Assembly (NCBI GenBank): GCA_002189035.1
Contig: NEEC01000077.1
Span: 1 to 39,149 of the forward strand
DNA length: 39,149 nucleotides
Reading direction: 5' to 3'
Source of the DNA: Utricularia gibba
Taxonomy: Eukaryota; Plantae; Magnoliophyta
Shown: in pieces, positions 23,372-35,500 of the stretch
Position numbering within the stretch: position 1 is the first letter of the stretch
Layout: every line of letters begins with the position of its first letter
Translations under genes and position numbers: made by a program
The notes under the pieces: generated by a model
The model's input: only the letters and a program-made list of their open reading frames with translations
Databases searched by the model: none
What the model was told of the DNA's origin: nothing

Positions 23372-23900
23372 ATGTGTGTATGTGTCAAATATTATAATAT
23401 CACTTATATTTGCTATTAATCATCTCCCTAAGGTATACATTAAAAAATTTTTAAAAAAAGAAAGAAAATAAATGTAAAATAATTGAATTAGATTCAACCT
23501 ATTAAAATAAGAGTTCACATTTACTCAGAACCATGGATAGAATCCATAGTTTTAAAACACTGGTTCCAATAATGGAATGAATAAATGTGCGACGCCCAGC
23601 CGGGACCATCGATATGCAGCCGGAGCGAGAGTGTTTTTGGTGGTTACGAAACCCCTAAAACAGGGCTAATTCCGAACCGGAATGACAAGCGTTTGCAAGT
23701 AGGTTGAGCAAAATTCGATTAATAACCAATTTGGGTTCGGTTTTAGTCAGTAATATTTGGTGTAAATCGGTTATCCAATTTTTTTTAGATAAATGGGTAG
23801 TCGATTTGAGCTTCAGATTTATCTATTTCCTGTGGGTACACGTTGGTTTGAACACCTGACCCCATGACGTTACTGTCTCTTCAGGTGTGATAAGAGAGTC

Positions 23901-23906
23901 TATATA
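23901..23906 (+). promoter_or_regulatory. TATA box of TPS copy 2
   Basis: AGAGTC-TATATA, 54 bp upstream of ATG 23955, homologous to copy 1. Confidence 0.7.
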
Positions 23907-23954
23907 TTCTGTTGCCTCCGAGCAACGCCAACTCACACACTGAAGAAATTTGAA

Positions 23955-26179
23955 ATGGCTTTGAGTATTGCAAGCAGTCTTCTTTTTGTATGCAATGCCA
24001 ATGTCATGGCTCGCAGATGGTGTGCAGCAAAACCTGTGCCTGTTATTCGGTGCAATGCTGGATATTCGGATAATCAGGTTTCGACAGAGCGCCGATCAGG
24101 AAATTTTAAGAAGACAAGATGGGAGTTTGATTACATTCAATCAGTGAACAGCACGTTCCTGGTACGTCCCTACGACCACTTGGTTTGGGTTGTGATGAAC
24201 AACAGCTAGAACAAGTGTATTTTTTTTGCTTTTGCTTGGGCCATCTTCTTTTCTGCATACATAATTTTGTCTTGATACAGGATGAGGAGCACAGGGAGAG
24301 AACATCAGAGCTTGAGGGGAAGATAAAGATTTTACTGAATGATGAAGAGATGAGCAAGCTCAAGAAGTTGGAGTTGGTGGATACATTGCAAAACCTGGGG
24401 ATTTCCTACTTATTTGAAGCAGATATAATGAGAATAATGGAGTATGTACAGGAACACAGACATTGCAACAATAGAGAGAGGGCTGAAAGAGATTTGTATT
24501 CTACCTCCATTGAATTCAGATTGTTAAGACAACATGGGTTTCACATCTCTCCAGGTACTGAGTCAACTTGTCTTTCAATCCACGTTTTTCGTATCTTGAA
24601 TATGACAGGAAGTATTCTTTACAGAAGTATTTGATGCATTTATCAAGGAAAACGGTGAATTTGATCCACTCCTCAATGATGATACGAAAGGATTGTTGGA
24701 GCTTTACGAGGCCTCCTTCTTGTCCTTCGATGGTGAAGAAACAATGGATCTTGCTAGAGAATTCGCCTCAGTTGCCCTACACAGCTATCTCAAAAAGGGT
24801 TGCTATAACCATGATGAGGCATCTTCTCTTCGTATTCAATATGCACTCCAGCGTCCATTACACTGGAGAGCTGATAGACCAAAGGCTAGATGGTTCATTG
24901 ACTGGCATAAAAGAAACACAGATCAGAAGCATCCAGTGGTTCTTCAACTTGCAAAACTCAACTTCAACATTGTCCAGGCGCACTATCAGCAAGAACTCAA
25001 ACATGTTGCAAGGCAATCACAAACTTTTCTTTTTCTCTTTTCTTGAAAAACACTTTACAGTGTTTCTATGCAGGTGGTGGGATGAAGCAGGTTTGGCTAA
25101 AAAGCTACCTTTTGCGAGGGATAGAGTTGTGGAGTGTTATATCATTGCTCATGGATCGCTTATTCAACCTCACCATCGATTTTTGAGGATAATGAGTGCA
25201 AAACATTTTGCCATTGGCACAGCATATGATGACATTTTCGATGTTTATGGAACACGTGAAGAACTACAACTTCTCCACAATGCCATTCAAAGGTCACTTT
25301 CGAATCCTGATGTCTTGCATGGCAGCAAGAAGAGTTCAATTCTGATTGTAAATACTTGCAGTTGGGATATTGATGATATCAACAAGCTTCCGGGTTACAT
25401 GAGAATCTGCTTTGATCAGATAGACCTCTTGATCAAAGAGATGACAGAGCATGTTCAAAGAGCTCAAGGCTTGGTTATCACTCCGTTTCTCAGGAAAGTG
25501 GTGAGCATTTGCTGACATTGTAAACTTTTGAATGGTTCTAAATATTAATGTTCATGACCACTATGCTGCAGTCGGCAGACATATCCAAAGCATACCTGCA
25601 AGAAGCCAAATGGTACTTCAATGGTCAGTTTCCTTCCATGGAAGAGTGCATAGAAAATGGATGGAGATCTATCGGGATTACTTTGTTATTATCAAACGCC
25701 TTCATTCTCCTCGCAAATCCCATCAATGTGGAGGAGGTTGAAGCCTTTTTGTCATATGATGACGCCACACGATACTCAGGGATCATCTCTCGCCTTGCAA
25801 ATGATCTTGCAACCTCCTCGGTTCGTATGCAGTCTGCTCTTTTGGGACACGCACACCTATCTAACCACAATGTTTTAATGTCTTTACATAGGACGAGATG
25901 AAGCGAGGAGACGCTCCAAAATCACTGGAGACTTACATGCATGAGACCGGAGCATCCATTGACGAAGCACAAGACTACCTGAAGCTCCTGAGGTTGCAAA
26001 CATGGAAGAAGTTGAACAGGGAACTTGCAGATTCGCGTTTCCCTCGGGAATTCATAAAGCTCGTACTTGAACAGACGAGAATCTTTCTCTTTATGTATGC
26101 TGAAGGTGATGGCCTTGGAATGCAGGCTGCGCCTACCACCAAGTCCTTCTCTCAACTTCTGTTTGACCCCGTCCTCTAG
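23955..26179 (+). CDS. TPS: Terpene synthase, TPS-b, tandem copy 2; 7 exons, 587 aa, reading frame intact
   Basis: Exons 23955-24161, 24281-24554, 24625-25012, 25074-25292, 25362-25500, 25572-25820, 25892-26179. Same motifs as copy 1 (RRX8W, YDDIFD, RLANDLATSSDE); GC donor at 25013. Confidence 0.96.
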
Positions 26180-26251
26180 AGGCAAAGTACAAAGAATGCT
26201 ATTTACATTGTTTGATCTTTCTTCAAATAATATTTTGGAATAGTTTCTTGT

Positions 26252-26519
26252 TGATAAGAGCCGCTGAAGAAGTGAGGCTTAATCAATTAAAGAAAAGCTT
26301 AGAATATTCTAGAAGATGACGTTAACATAGAAATATATAATTCTAGAAAAAATCTAGAAAGATATATAATAATATATACATAATAAATTCAAAATTATTT
26401 AAAATATTTCATACTTCAGTATAAATAGAAGATCTAGTATTTAAAAATGTGTGAATTTGTTAATATCTCTTTAAAAGCTAATAAATATATTCTTCAAATC
26501 GTTGTTTTTATAATCTACA
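26252..26519 (+). mobile_element. Solo-LTR-like insertion (268 bp) in the 3' region of TPS copy 2
   Basis: Absent at the homologous site of copy 1. Starts TG, ends CA, flanked by near-identical 5-mers CTTGT/CCTGT (copy 1 has a single CCTAT), internal TATAAATAG. Confidence 0.65.
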
Positions 26520-27498
26520 CCTGTTTTTAAAAAAAATATTTCAAAAATAATTTTTTTTATCAAATACAAACCAATAGTAATCTTATACCTTGAATTCTCA
26601 TGTATTGGAAAAAGTTGAGTACATAGTTTTTGGATATTATTGTATAGTAACGAATCAAATAGTTTTCCATTTTTTGAAAAAAAAAAAACGTTTCAAAATA
26701 ATTTTTTTGTCAAATACGAACAAATTTTATTTTTATACTCATAAGGTCAGCTATTTGAACGGACGCATAGTTTGTAGATATGATTGGAGGGTAACCGAAT
26801 CTTATCCATCCCCTTCTCTTACAATTATTGCAATAAAACCCAAACTGTGCACACCAACCGAACGTGGATACGAACGAAAGTAGGCCATTGCTTTTCCTCT
26901 GAATCACATGCATTGTTTTCTCAATTGTTTTTTTTTTTTGGAGAAAATATATTTTAGCTTGTTTTTTTTTTTATTTATGAATTTTCGGCTGTTTTGAAGT
27001 GCTGATTTGGATTATATACTTCTATTTTTGGAGTATATCAGATACTTTCTAAAAATAAACCTTAAACATGGGGTTTGAGTATCATGAGGGATGTTGCTAA
27101 TTATAGGAATTTGTAAATGCAAGTGGGAATAACTAGGTGGATTATTGTTTTTGTGACACTGAAGAAAATAAAATTTTTTAAAAAATTGAAAAATGGAAAT
27201 AAAAATAAAAATCGGGTGATGCTATGATACGTGTCACCGTCTAAAGAGGAGCCAAAGATCTGCACCTCCTTCGCTTCGCGTGTGCGCCACGCGGATATCT
27301 GTTTGTGGTGGTTTTGGATTTGAATTGTTGCACGCGCGTGGTGCGAGTGGTGATACAAGTACTTCGAAGCCCATTGCTTTTGTCTGCCCATAGATGCACT
27401 CCACCCACTTTTTTGTTGCCCTTGGGTGGTGGGTTAAAGTACTTAAATACCCTTTTTTGTTTGATGATTCTCGAATATGCCATTGCCTCTTCCCCACC

Positions 27499-27505
27499 TA
27501 TAAAT
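27499..27505 (+). promoter_or_regulatory. TATA box (TATAAAT) of the serine-rich protein gene
   Basis: CCTATAAAT about 100 bp upstream of ATG 27601; ACGTGTC, CGCG and AGCCCA motifs lie further upstream (about 27228-27375). Confidence 0.55.
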
Positions 27506-27600
27506 TTGTGCTTCAGTTGAAATTAGGTTTTTCAAGTTTGGGAGGCAAAGCTCCTCGTGTTCTCTGATTCTAACGTTTCTTGTATCAAATCGTAAGTGCC

Positions 27601-28200
27601 ATGAGAACCAGATCCGGTCACGCCGGCGCCGCGTTAACCGGCGGCGGCTTTCCACGGTCGCTGTCTCCTTCCGGCCGCTTCTGTTCCTCCTCCATGTCCT
27701 CGTCTTCCGGTGGATTCTACCAAACCGCTAGATCCGAAACAAGGCACGACGCGTTGCTCGCTCGCGCCACTAGTCCTACACGCGTGAGCATCGGGAGATC
27801 CGTTTCGCCCTCTTCTTCGGTGAGGTTCTCGGCCTCTCGACACAGCGCGATTTCTTCGCACCACCAGCAGTCGAGTCACCGGGCGCTCAGTTCCCGCGCC
27901 AAAAAGACGTGTATGTGTTCGCCGACTACGCACCCAGGGTCCTTCCGCTGTAGCCTCCACAAGAACAGCCTCCTCCCTGGGTCCAGCCACAGTCAGCCTT
28001 ACCGTTCCAGCCATCAATTGCACATGCGCCGGTCGGCGATGACGAATTCTTTGGTCCGTATCGGAACTGTGGAGGGGGACTTACTCAAGAGAGCGCTGTC
28101 AGCGCCGATTAGGCCATCGTCACATAGTCTCCGCCGCCGCTGCGACTTCCAACCCCGCCCGAGCCGCCTCTCGCTCATGTCCAAAGCCGAAGATTCATAG
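27601..28200 (+). CDS. Plant-specific serine-rich protein (CMCSPTTHPGSFRCSLHK family; At5g11090/At5g25280-like), 199 aa, intronless
   Basis: Motifs RSLSPSGRF, RATSPTRV, KTCMCSPTTHPGSFRCSLHK, MRRSAMTNSLVRIGTVEG, RPSSH..RRR..FQPRPSRLS.MSKA. Confidence 0.9.
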   Translation: MRTRSGHAGAALTGGGFPRSLSPSGRFCSSSMSSSSGGFYQTARSETRHDALLARATSPTRVSIGRSVSPSSSVRFSASRHSAISSHHQQSSHRALSSRAKKTCMCSPTTHPGSFRCSLHKNSLLPGSSHSQPYRSSHQLHMRRSAMTNSLVRIGTVEGDLLKRALSAPIRPSSHSLRRRCDFQPRPSRLSLMSKAEDS

Positions 28201-28751
28201 CTTTTTTTTTTTTTTAACTGTCCCTTCGCCTTCTTCTAAGAGTGTACAGATTGTCGGTTTCTGAAATCCCACTCCCTCCATGGATGAGCTCCCTATAGTT
28301 CACAAGGGCTCAGTCCTCAGGGTTTTTTTTTGTTTTCTTTTCGCACACGTTTCAGTGCCAGTCTATAGGTATGCTGTATCTGATGACGATTCAGATCAAC
28401 TATATCAAGAGATTTCAGTGCATGATTACCAGTGGAATACTGAGTTTTCTAGTTTCATCTTTTTGTGGATAAGTTCGCATAGCAACTGAATGCTGAAGCA
28501 TGCGACGGGGCTTGTTTCTCCGATCACATGGTGAATTTTGTCCACAGAAATTTCACCTCACAGATATTTGTTGATGGTGAACTGTAGGACCATTTGATCA
28601 TTTCACCAGGGGCCTCTGTCACAGAGCCATTTGCTTGTGTGTGATGTGGAAGGGAAGGGAGTCTCTCTCTCTCCCTCTATATATACCTGTCTACGCTGTG
28701 TGTTTGTTTTCACTGACCTCTACAGGGGCATGAGGCGTCTGCAGACTCCGA

Positions 28752-29387
28752 CTAACATATGGCCACAAAGAATGTGGCTGTTGACAATGCGAGCTCGAAT
28801 TGGGTCAGATGGTTGCTGATGTTACTCATCCTGCAACGAGAGCGTAGCACAAGTGGGTATGCAGAATGTTCTGTTGAAGATGGCGATGGAAGATCTGGTT
28901 CTCACCTGCTGAGTATTGATTAATGAGATCTTCTGCATCATCAATGACTCCTTCAGCTGAAAGTAATGCATAAACAGCGAATACTGATGAAACGGGAGAT
29001 GAGAGTGGCATTGCCAGCTCGTTGAGGGTACCATCAATGACCATAAAATAGGCTCGCAACAGCATTTCTTGTATGCTGCAGAATCTGAGCTTCTCACACT
29101 CCCATGTATGCTCCTACCCAAACTCAGGCATTTCCCAAGCCTTGGGCTGCCGGCTGTTGGGGATGCAGAGAAGCACATCCCACCGTCATTTGGAGGATGA
29201 CCCGTCAGAGATTGCCGCAGTGACATGATGCCCTTTGTCTCTTCTTCTGGATGGGAATCATCATCCATCCATCAGCTGTAGAACATGGAAATCAGGGATG
29301 AAGAAGGATCCATCCTGCACATCTTCTGAACCTTGCGAGTCTCTGCTTTGCAATGGAGGTCCAGTTTCCAGCTCCAATTCCACTGCC
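28752..29387 (-). pseudogene. MRS2: Unprocessed pseudogene of an MRS2/MGT (CorA-family) magnesium transporter, MRS2-1/MRS2-10-like
   Basis: Collinear fragments in shifting frames: AVELELE, TRKVQK, LMD/MDDD, SPRLGKCLSLGRSIHGSVRSS, EMLLRAYFMVIDGTLNEL, LKE.IDDAEDLIN, NISNHLTQFELALSTATFFVAI, then a stop. They match the recalled MRS2 series AAELEIE / TRRVQK / LMDDD / EMLLEAYFVVIDSTLNKL / LKEYIDDTEDFIN / NQLIQFELLLTTATFVVAI. Intact GT-AG intron at 28905-28831; no GMN motif. Confidence 0.85.
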
Positions 29388-29724
29388 TGAAAATTCAGTC
29401 ACAAGTTCATACGCATCCTGCCATCTCCTGAAAGAGCTTCAACTGCATAAAATGCCCCGGCATGAGCTTCAACCACATACAGAGCAATCAAAATCCGAAC
29501 GCTAAACAAATTCAGAAATAGATCATCCATGCGAAACGTCCAACAAATTCTAGAAACTTCGAAAAACAAGGTGGAGGTGGGTTCCAAAATTGCTCAATGA
29601 TCAACCGACTGCATCAAGTTTCATACCTGGAATTCACAAGTTGTCGGGATCGTCCTTCGAGTCCACGACAAAACAACCAACTGTGAAGCGCACAAGGGAT
29701 TACCAATACCCACTGTTAACGGAT

Positions 29725-29775
29725 TGGGCTCGTTTTCCTTAATGGGCTATGGGCCGTTTCGTATCTTGTTGGGCC
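29725..29775. promoter_or_regulatory. Four site II motifs; likely bidirectional promoter between RH35 (+) and the MRS2 pseudogene (-)
   Basis: TGGGCT at 29725 and 29743; TGGGCC at 29750 and 29770; about 100 bp from the RH35 ATG. Confidence 0.6.
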
Positions 29776-29870
29776 AAACGTGGGATAAGTACTTGAGTTT
29801 CTGGTGTTTTTCCCCCGAATTAGAGCGCTCGTGCCCTTGTTTTCAGAAATTGCTCCTCCGTTCCACTGAA

Positions 29871-31642
<1,772 letters not shown>

Positions 31643-32580
31643 ACGATTGTAACTTCTTTAAGATTGTTACTAGTGGCATTCTTGGCCAAAAAGTTATTTC
31701 AAAATGGATGAGGCAAACAAGTTGGATTTGAAAAATGATGATGTTGTCGTCTCTGCCAGCCTGGGAAAGACATTAGACCTTGAAGAGTAAACCATCGTGT
31801 GTGGCAAAAAAGGGAGCAAAAACCAGCGACTCCACAGCCATGAGCGTGATCAAGATGAATTACTACAGTAAAAGAATCAATCTTTACAAGTGGATACTCC
31901 GCCCCCACATGTCGGAGCGTTTCTGTCGCCTGCACCTACAATCATATGACTTGTCCTAAACCACCTCTGGCAGAATACTAAAGCAGTATTGGAGTAAGAC
32001 TAAGACAATCCCTAAAATGTTACGAACATGACAACCGTTGGCTGAGACGAGGATGAGAAGATCCAACACCAATCATTGGATTTCATTGTCCTCCAGAGAG
32101 AAGAGCCACAACTCGCAACAGCTCCCTTTGTTTAAATGGTTGGACGAGTTGGTGTAAAATCGTTCGACCCCACTGCGGGTTACAGAGATGCGCCATTTTT
32201 TGCTGTCTAAGACAAGCAGTGAGCGGCTGTAAATTGGTAAAATTATTATTAATATGTTCACTAGCTTCGTGACTTGCAGAGTAGGGATGCCTGTGGCTTC
32301 CAGTTCAGTCTGTCCAGTGGCAGAAGTTTCGGGGAAAGGAAAAAGAATCAATCTTTACATCACTCAACCAAAAGCCATGGCTGGGATGTTCGCAGCCGGC
32401 TACATGGCAATGCCAATGCACATATCTTTGAACATCGCGCTTGTTTGATCCCTGCTTCTGGACAACAGCTTTTTGCTCAAATGGGATCTGAGGGAGTACA
32501 TAAAATGGAGACGACCATCCCACTTTCGGATCCTTCCGCAATGAAAATTGTAGGATGGAATCGAAACGGCACCTTCGGGA

Positions 32581-35500
32581 TCAACGGGCGGATGCACATA
32601 CGGGTTGTAGAGGGTATAAGCCATGAACACCGTTGGTGAAATGCTCCTTGTTTTTCCTCCGCTTGGTGACTAGAACAAATCCTTCCCCATCAAGAGTCTT
32701 GCCTTCAGTTACTGCCGTCTCAGCCTTTTGCTCCTTGCTGCATTTGGTATCGGATTCTGGTGAGAGATTTGTTGCAACTGTTTCAGCTGAACTTGCCAAG
32801 GACGTACTCTTCTTTTCAGTTACTGGAGCCGAAACTTCGGGTTCAGCAGTTCTCTGCAGTGATTTTACAATGAAACTGAGCAGCATCTGCCTTGCTAGGT
32901 CGGCTACGTCTGCATCAGAGATGTAGCTTAGTCCTTTTCCTGTAACAGCAGATGCAGAAGCATCATCAAGAGTAATCTCCCCGGACCTAATGGGACCAGT
33001 ACTCGATTCAGTAGAATGATCAGCAGGTTTGTAATCCTCTGCAGGTGCATCTGTTGGCTGTGTTCGTTTGGGAACAAATTCCACGGCGTGTGGATTCATT
33101 GTCCTTGGGGAAATAAAGCCACTTCTTTCTGATACCCGAACTTGGTAATTAGCATACCAGGTCTCATTCGGAAGCCATGGCTTGCCTGATAATACATTGG
33201 TGATCTTGGACCACATGGAACTCTGGCAGTAACTGGAGGGAATCCCACAAGCTCAACAAATGCTCCTTGGGTGGAAGCAGCATCACAGACAGCGGCGGCA
33301 GCTGTTGAAGTTAGTGCCTGTGCTAAAGCATAGGCACTCGGACTGAATGGCTCAGCTGAAGCTGAGAGTTTACTTCCGTTTGTTTCCCCGGGTCTCTCAT
33401 GGCCAGTTGGAGAAGGTGTGCCGTCACTGTCAGGATTAGTAACTGCTGAATCAGGTCCAGATTCTACAGTATTATCATCCTCAGTGTCTGGTTTCCCTCC
33501 ACCGTATTCCAATGATGGGGCATCAGGAGAAACCACAATATCCCAGCCTCCTGCTCTATTTCGTTTGGACCATCACATGCTTTGTCAGTTTTTTCAGCAC
33601 ATTTTTCCTCCACTTTATCCGGTACAAGCTTCAAAACTGTACCTGGAGCAGCTACAGCCACTTCTTTGTAAGATAAAGACTTGGATGCTAATGCTGTGAG
33701 GCTTGCTGGAGGCAGAGGAACCTTCACTGCTGAACTTTTAGCTTCACCATCAATGGTCACACTTAAAGAGCCTGCTTTTCTGTGTGGGGGCGCTTCGGAA
33801 GAAACAGACTTCGGCAGCACCTTATTAGACGGTAAAATAGCATCTCTTTTATGGGTGTCCTTGTAGTTGCAAACAGGGGAATTTATCTTTAACTTGGCAA
33901 CATCTGGACGCCTTTTGTTCAACTTTCTTGTAGCTCCATTTCCAGATCTGCTTTTTGAAATAGCTTCCTGCCACCCTTCATCTGACTTGACATCTTGAAT
34001 AATTTCCTCATGAAATGGGATATCTAGTTTGGTAATTTCATTGTCTTGAGGTTGTTCCCGGATGGACTTAATCTCAACTTTATCCTCACCAATCTGGCTA
34101 TCCTCAAACACATCAGTAGCCTCTATACTTCCATTGCTGGTGATACCTTCAATTGCTCCCTGGTGCTGCTCTGTGGGGGCACATCACCAACAGGAAAACT
34201 CTACAAAGCGAAGCATACAAGTGGATTTAATTGCAAAACTTAAAGTGACAGCGGCTTGACTACAAAACTCAATAATAAAATGATTTTAAGCAAAGAATCA
34301 ACCTTTGAACGCCGCTTCCTTTGAGCATCACCAGGCTTTGCTTCCTGATCTGGACTAATGTAATCCAGGAGATCTGACACACTGTAATAACAAGCAAAGA
34401 ATTATGTAGAAAGCTCACATTACATCAAATGAAGGCACCCCTTGAATACCTGAGATGACCCTTGCTGGCAATGGATGCATCCAGCTTTGGGGCTCCAGTG
34501 CGGGCAGCTTCTTGCTGCTCCAGGGCTTTTGACTCAAAATACTCAAGCCATGCAGCAGCATCCTGCAGTTACAGAAGACTAAGCAACAGGCAATAGAAAT
34601 TGAATGTACATTAACTGAGCATTCTAAAGGAGAAAAGATCGATACATTACACAAGTAGATATACTACAAAATTGAAACTTGAGCAGTCTACTTCTTATTC
34701 CTTAGTTTAACCATGCATTTGTAGAAATGTATATCAGCTCATAAAATACACACTCGAATCCTAGAATTTAAACTGAGCAGAATGTAACCGAAATTTTCTA
34801 AACCTGCGTGCGGAGGTCATCTGCTCCAAGTTTTGCTTGAAGAATTTGCAAGGTAGTTTTTTCATGCTGCACACTTAGTGTATATGCTTCCATCAATGAA
34901 AGAGCTATGGCAATGGCGTGATAGCTAGCAGCAGTCTGTCAAATAGAGCGACCAGTCTTAAATATTGAAATCTAGTAGCTAACAATTTGCAGGAAATTTC
35001 AGAGAGGATCTGCATGGGAAATTGCTATGAACCATGACTGCCGATGTGGGATATTGGAAATATTGAAAGATACCTGTATATGATCAGCTCCTAATAATTT
35101 TTGGTTGCACTTGAGAGCTTCATGCAAATATCTGAGAGCAACATGAACATTTCCCATCCCCTCCTCCATCATAGCCACATTTATGTAAGTAGCTGCTGTA
35201 TTTGGGTGTGCAAGCCCACATGTGAAATGGAGAAGGTACAGTGCACGGTTGACGTATCTGCTCATGGATGATAAAAAATGAAGTTGATTTAGCCCACAAA
35301 AGAGTAGGTGGAGAAAGTCACTCGGAGCCACAGACAAGGGTACCTACTTTAAAGCCAATTCAATGTGTTGAAGACGGTAGTAAAAAACTGATAGATCCCC
35401 ATAACTCTTCATTGTATCTGGATGATCAAGCCCGAGCTCCCTTTCATTGATATCAAGTGCTTTCTGCTGGTATATAGTTGCCTAAAAAGGAACATTTGCA

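Larger units (their letters stand above)
23790..26797 (+). repeat. Second unit of a tandem segmental duplication (first unit about 18860-21986)
   Basis: Homology runs from promoter elements (ATGGGTxGTxGATTTGAGC ... CCCATGACGTTA) through the gene to GATTGGAGGGTAACCG (ending 21986 and 26797). Confidence 0.9.

Noticed and set aside
19463-26179. Terpenoid biosynthetic gene cluster or isoprene synthase
   Set aside because: No P450, prenyltransferase or other tailoring gene in the window, and the two diagnostic isoprene-synthase Phe positions appear to be Ile and Ser.
29300-29390. GAGNWTSIAK resembling a MYB repeat
   Set aside because: It is an off-frame reading of the MRS2 pseudogene, with no other MYB residues.
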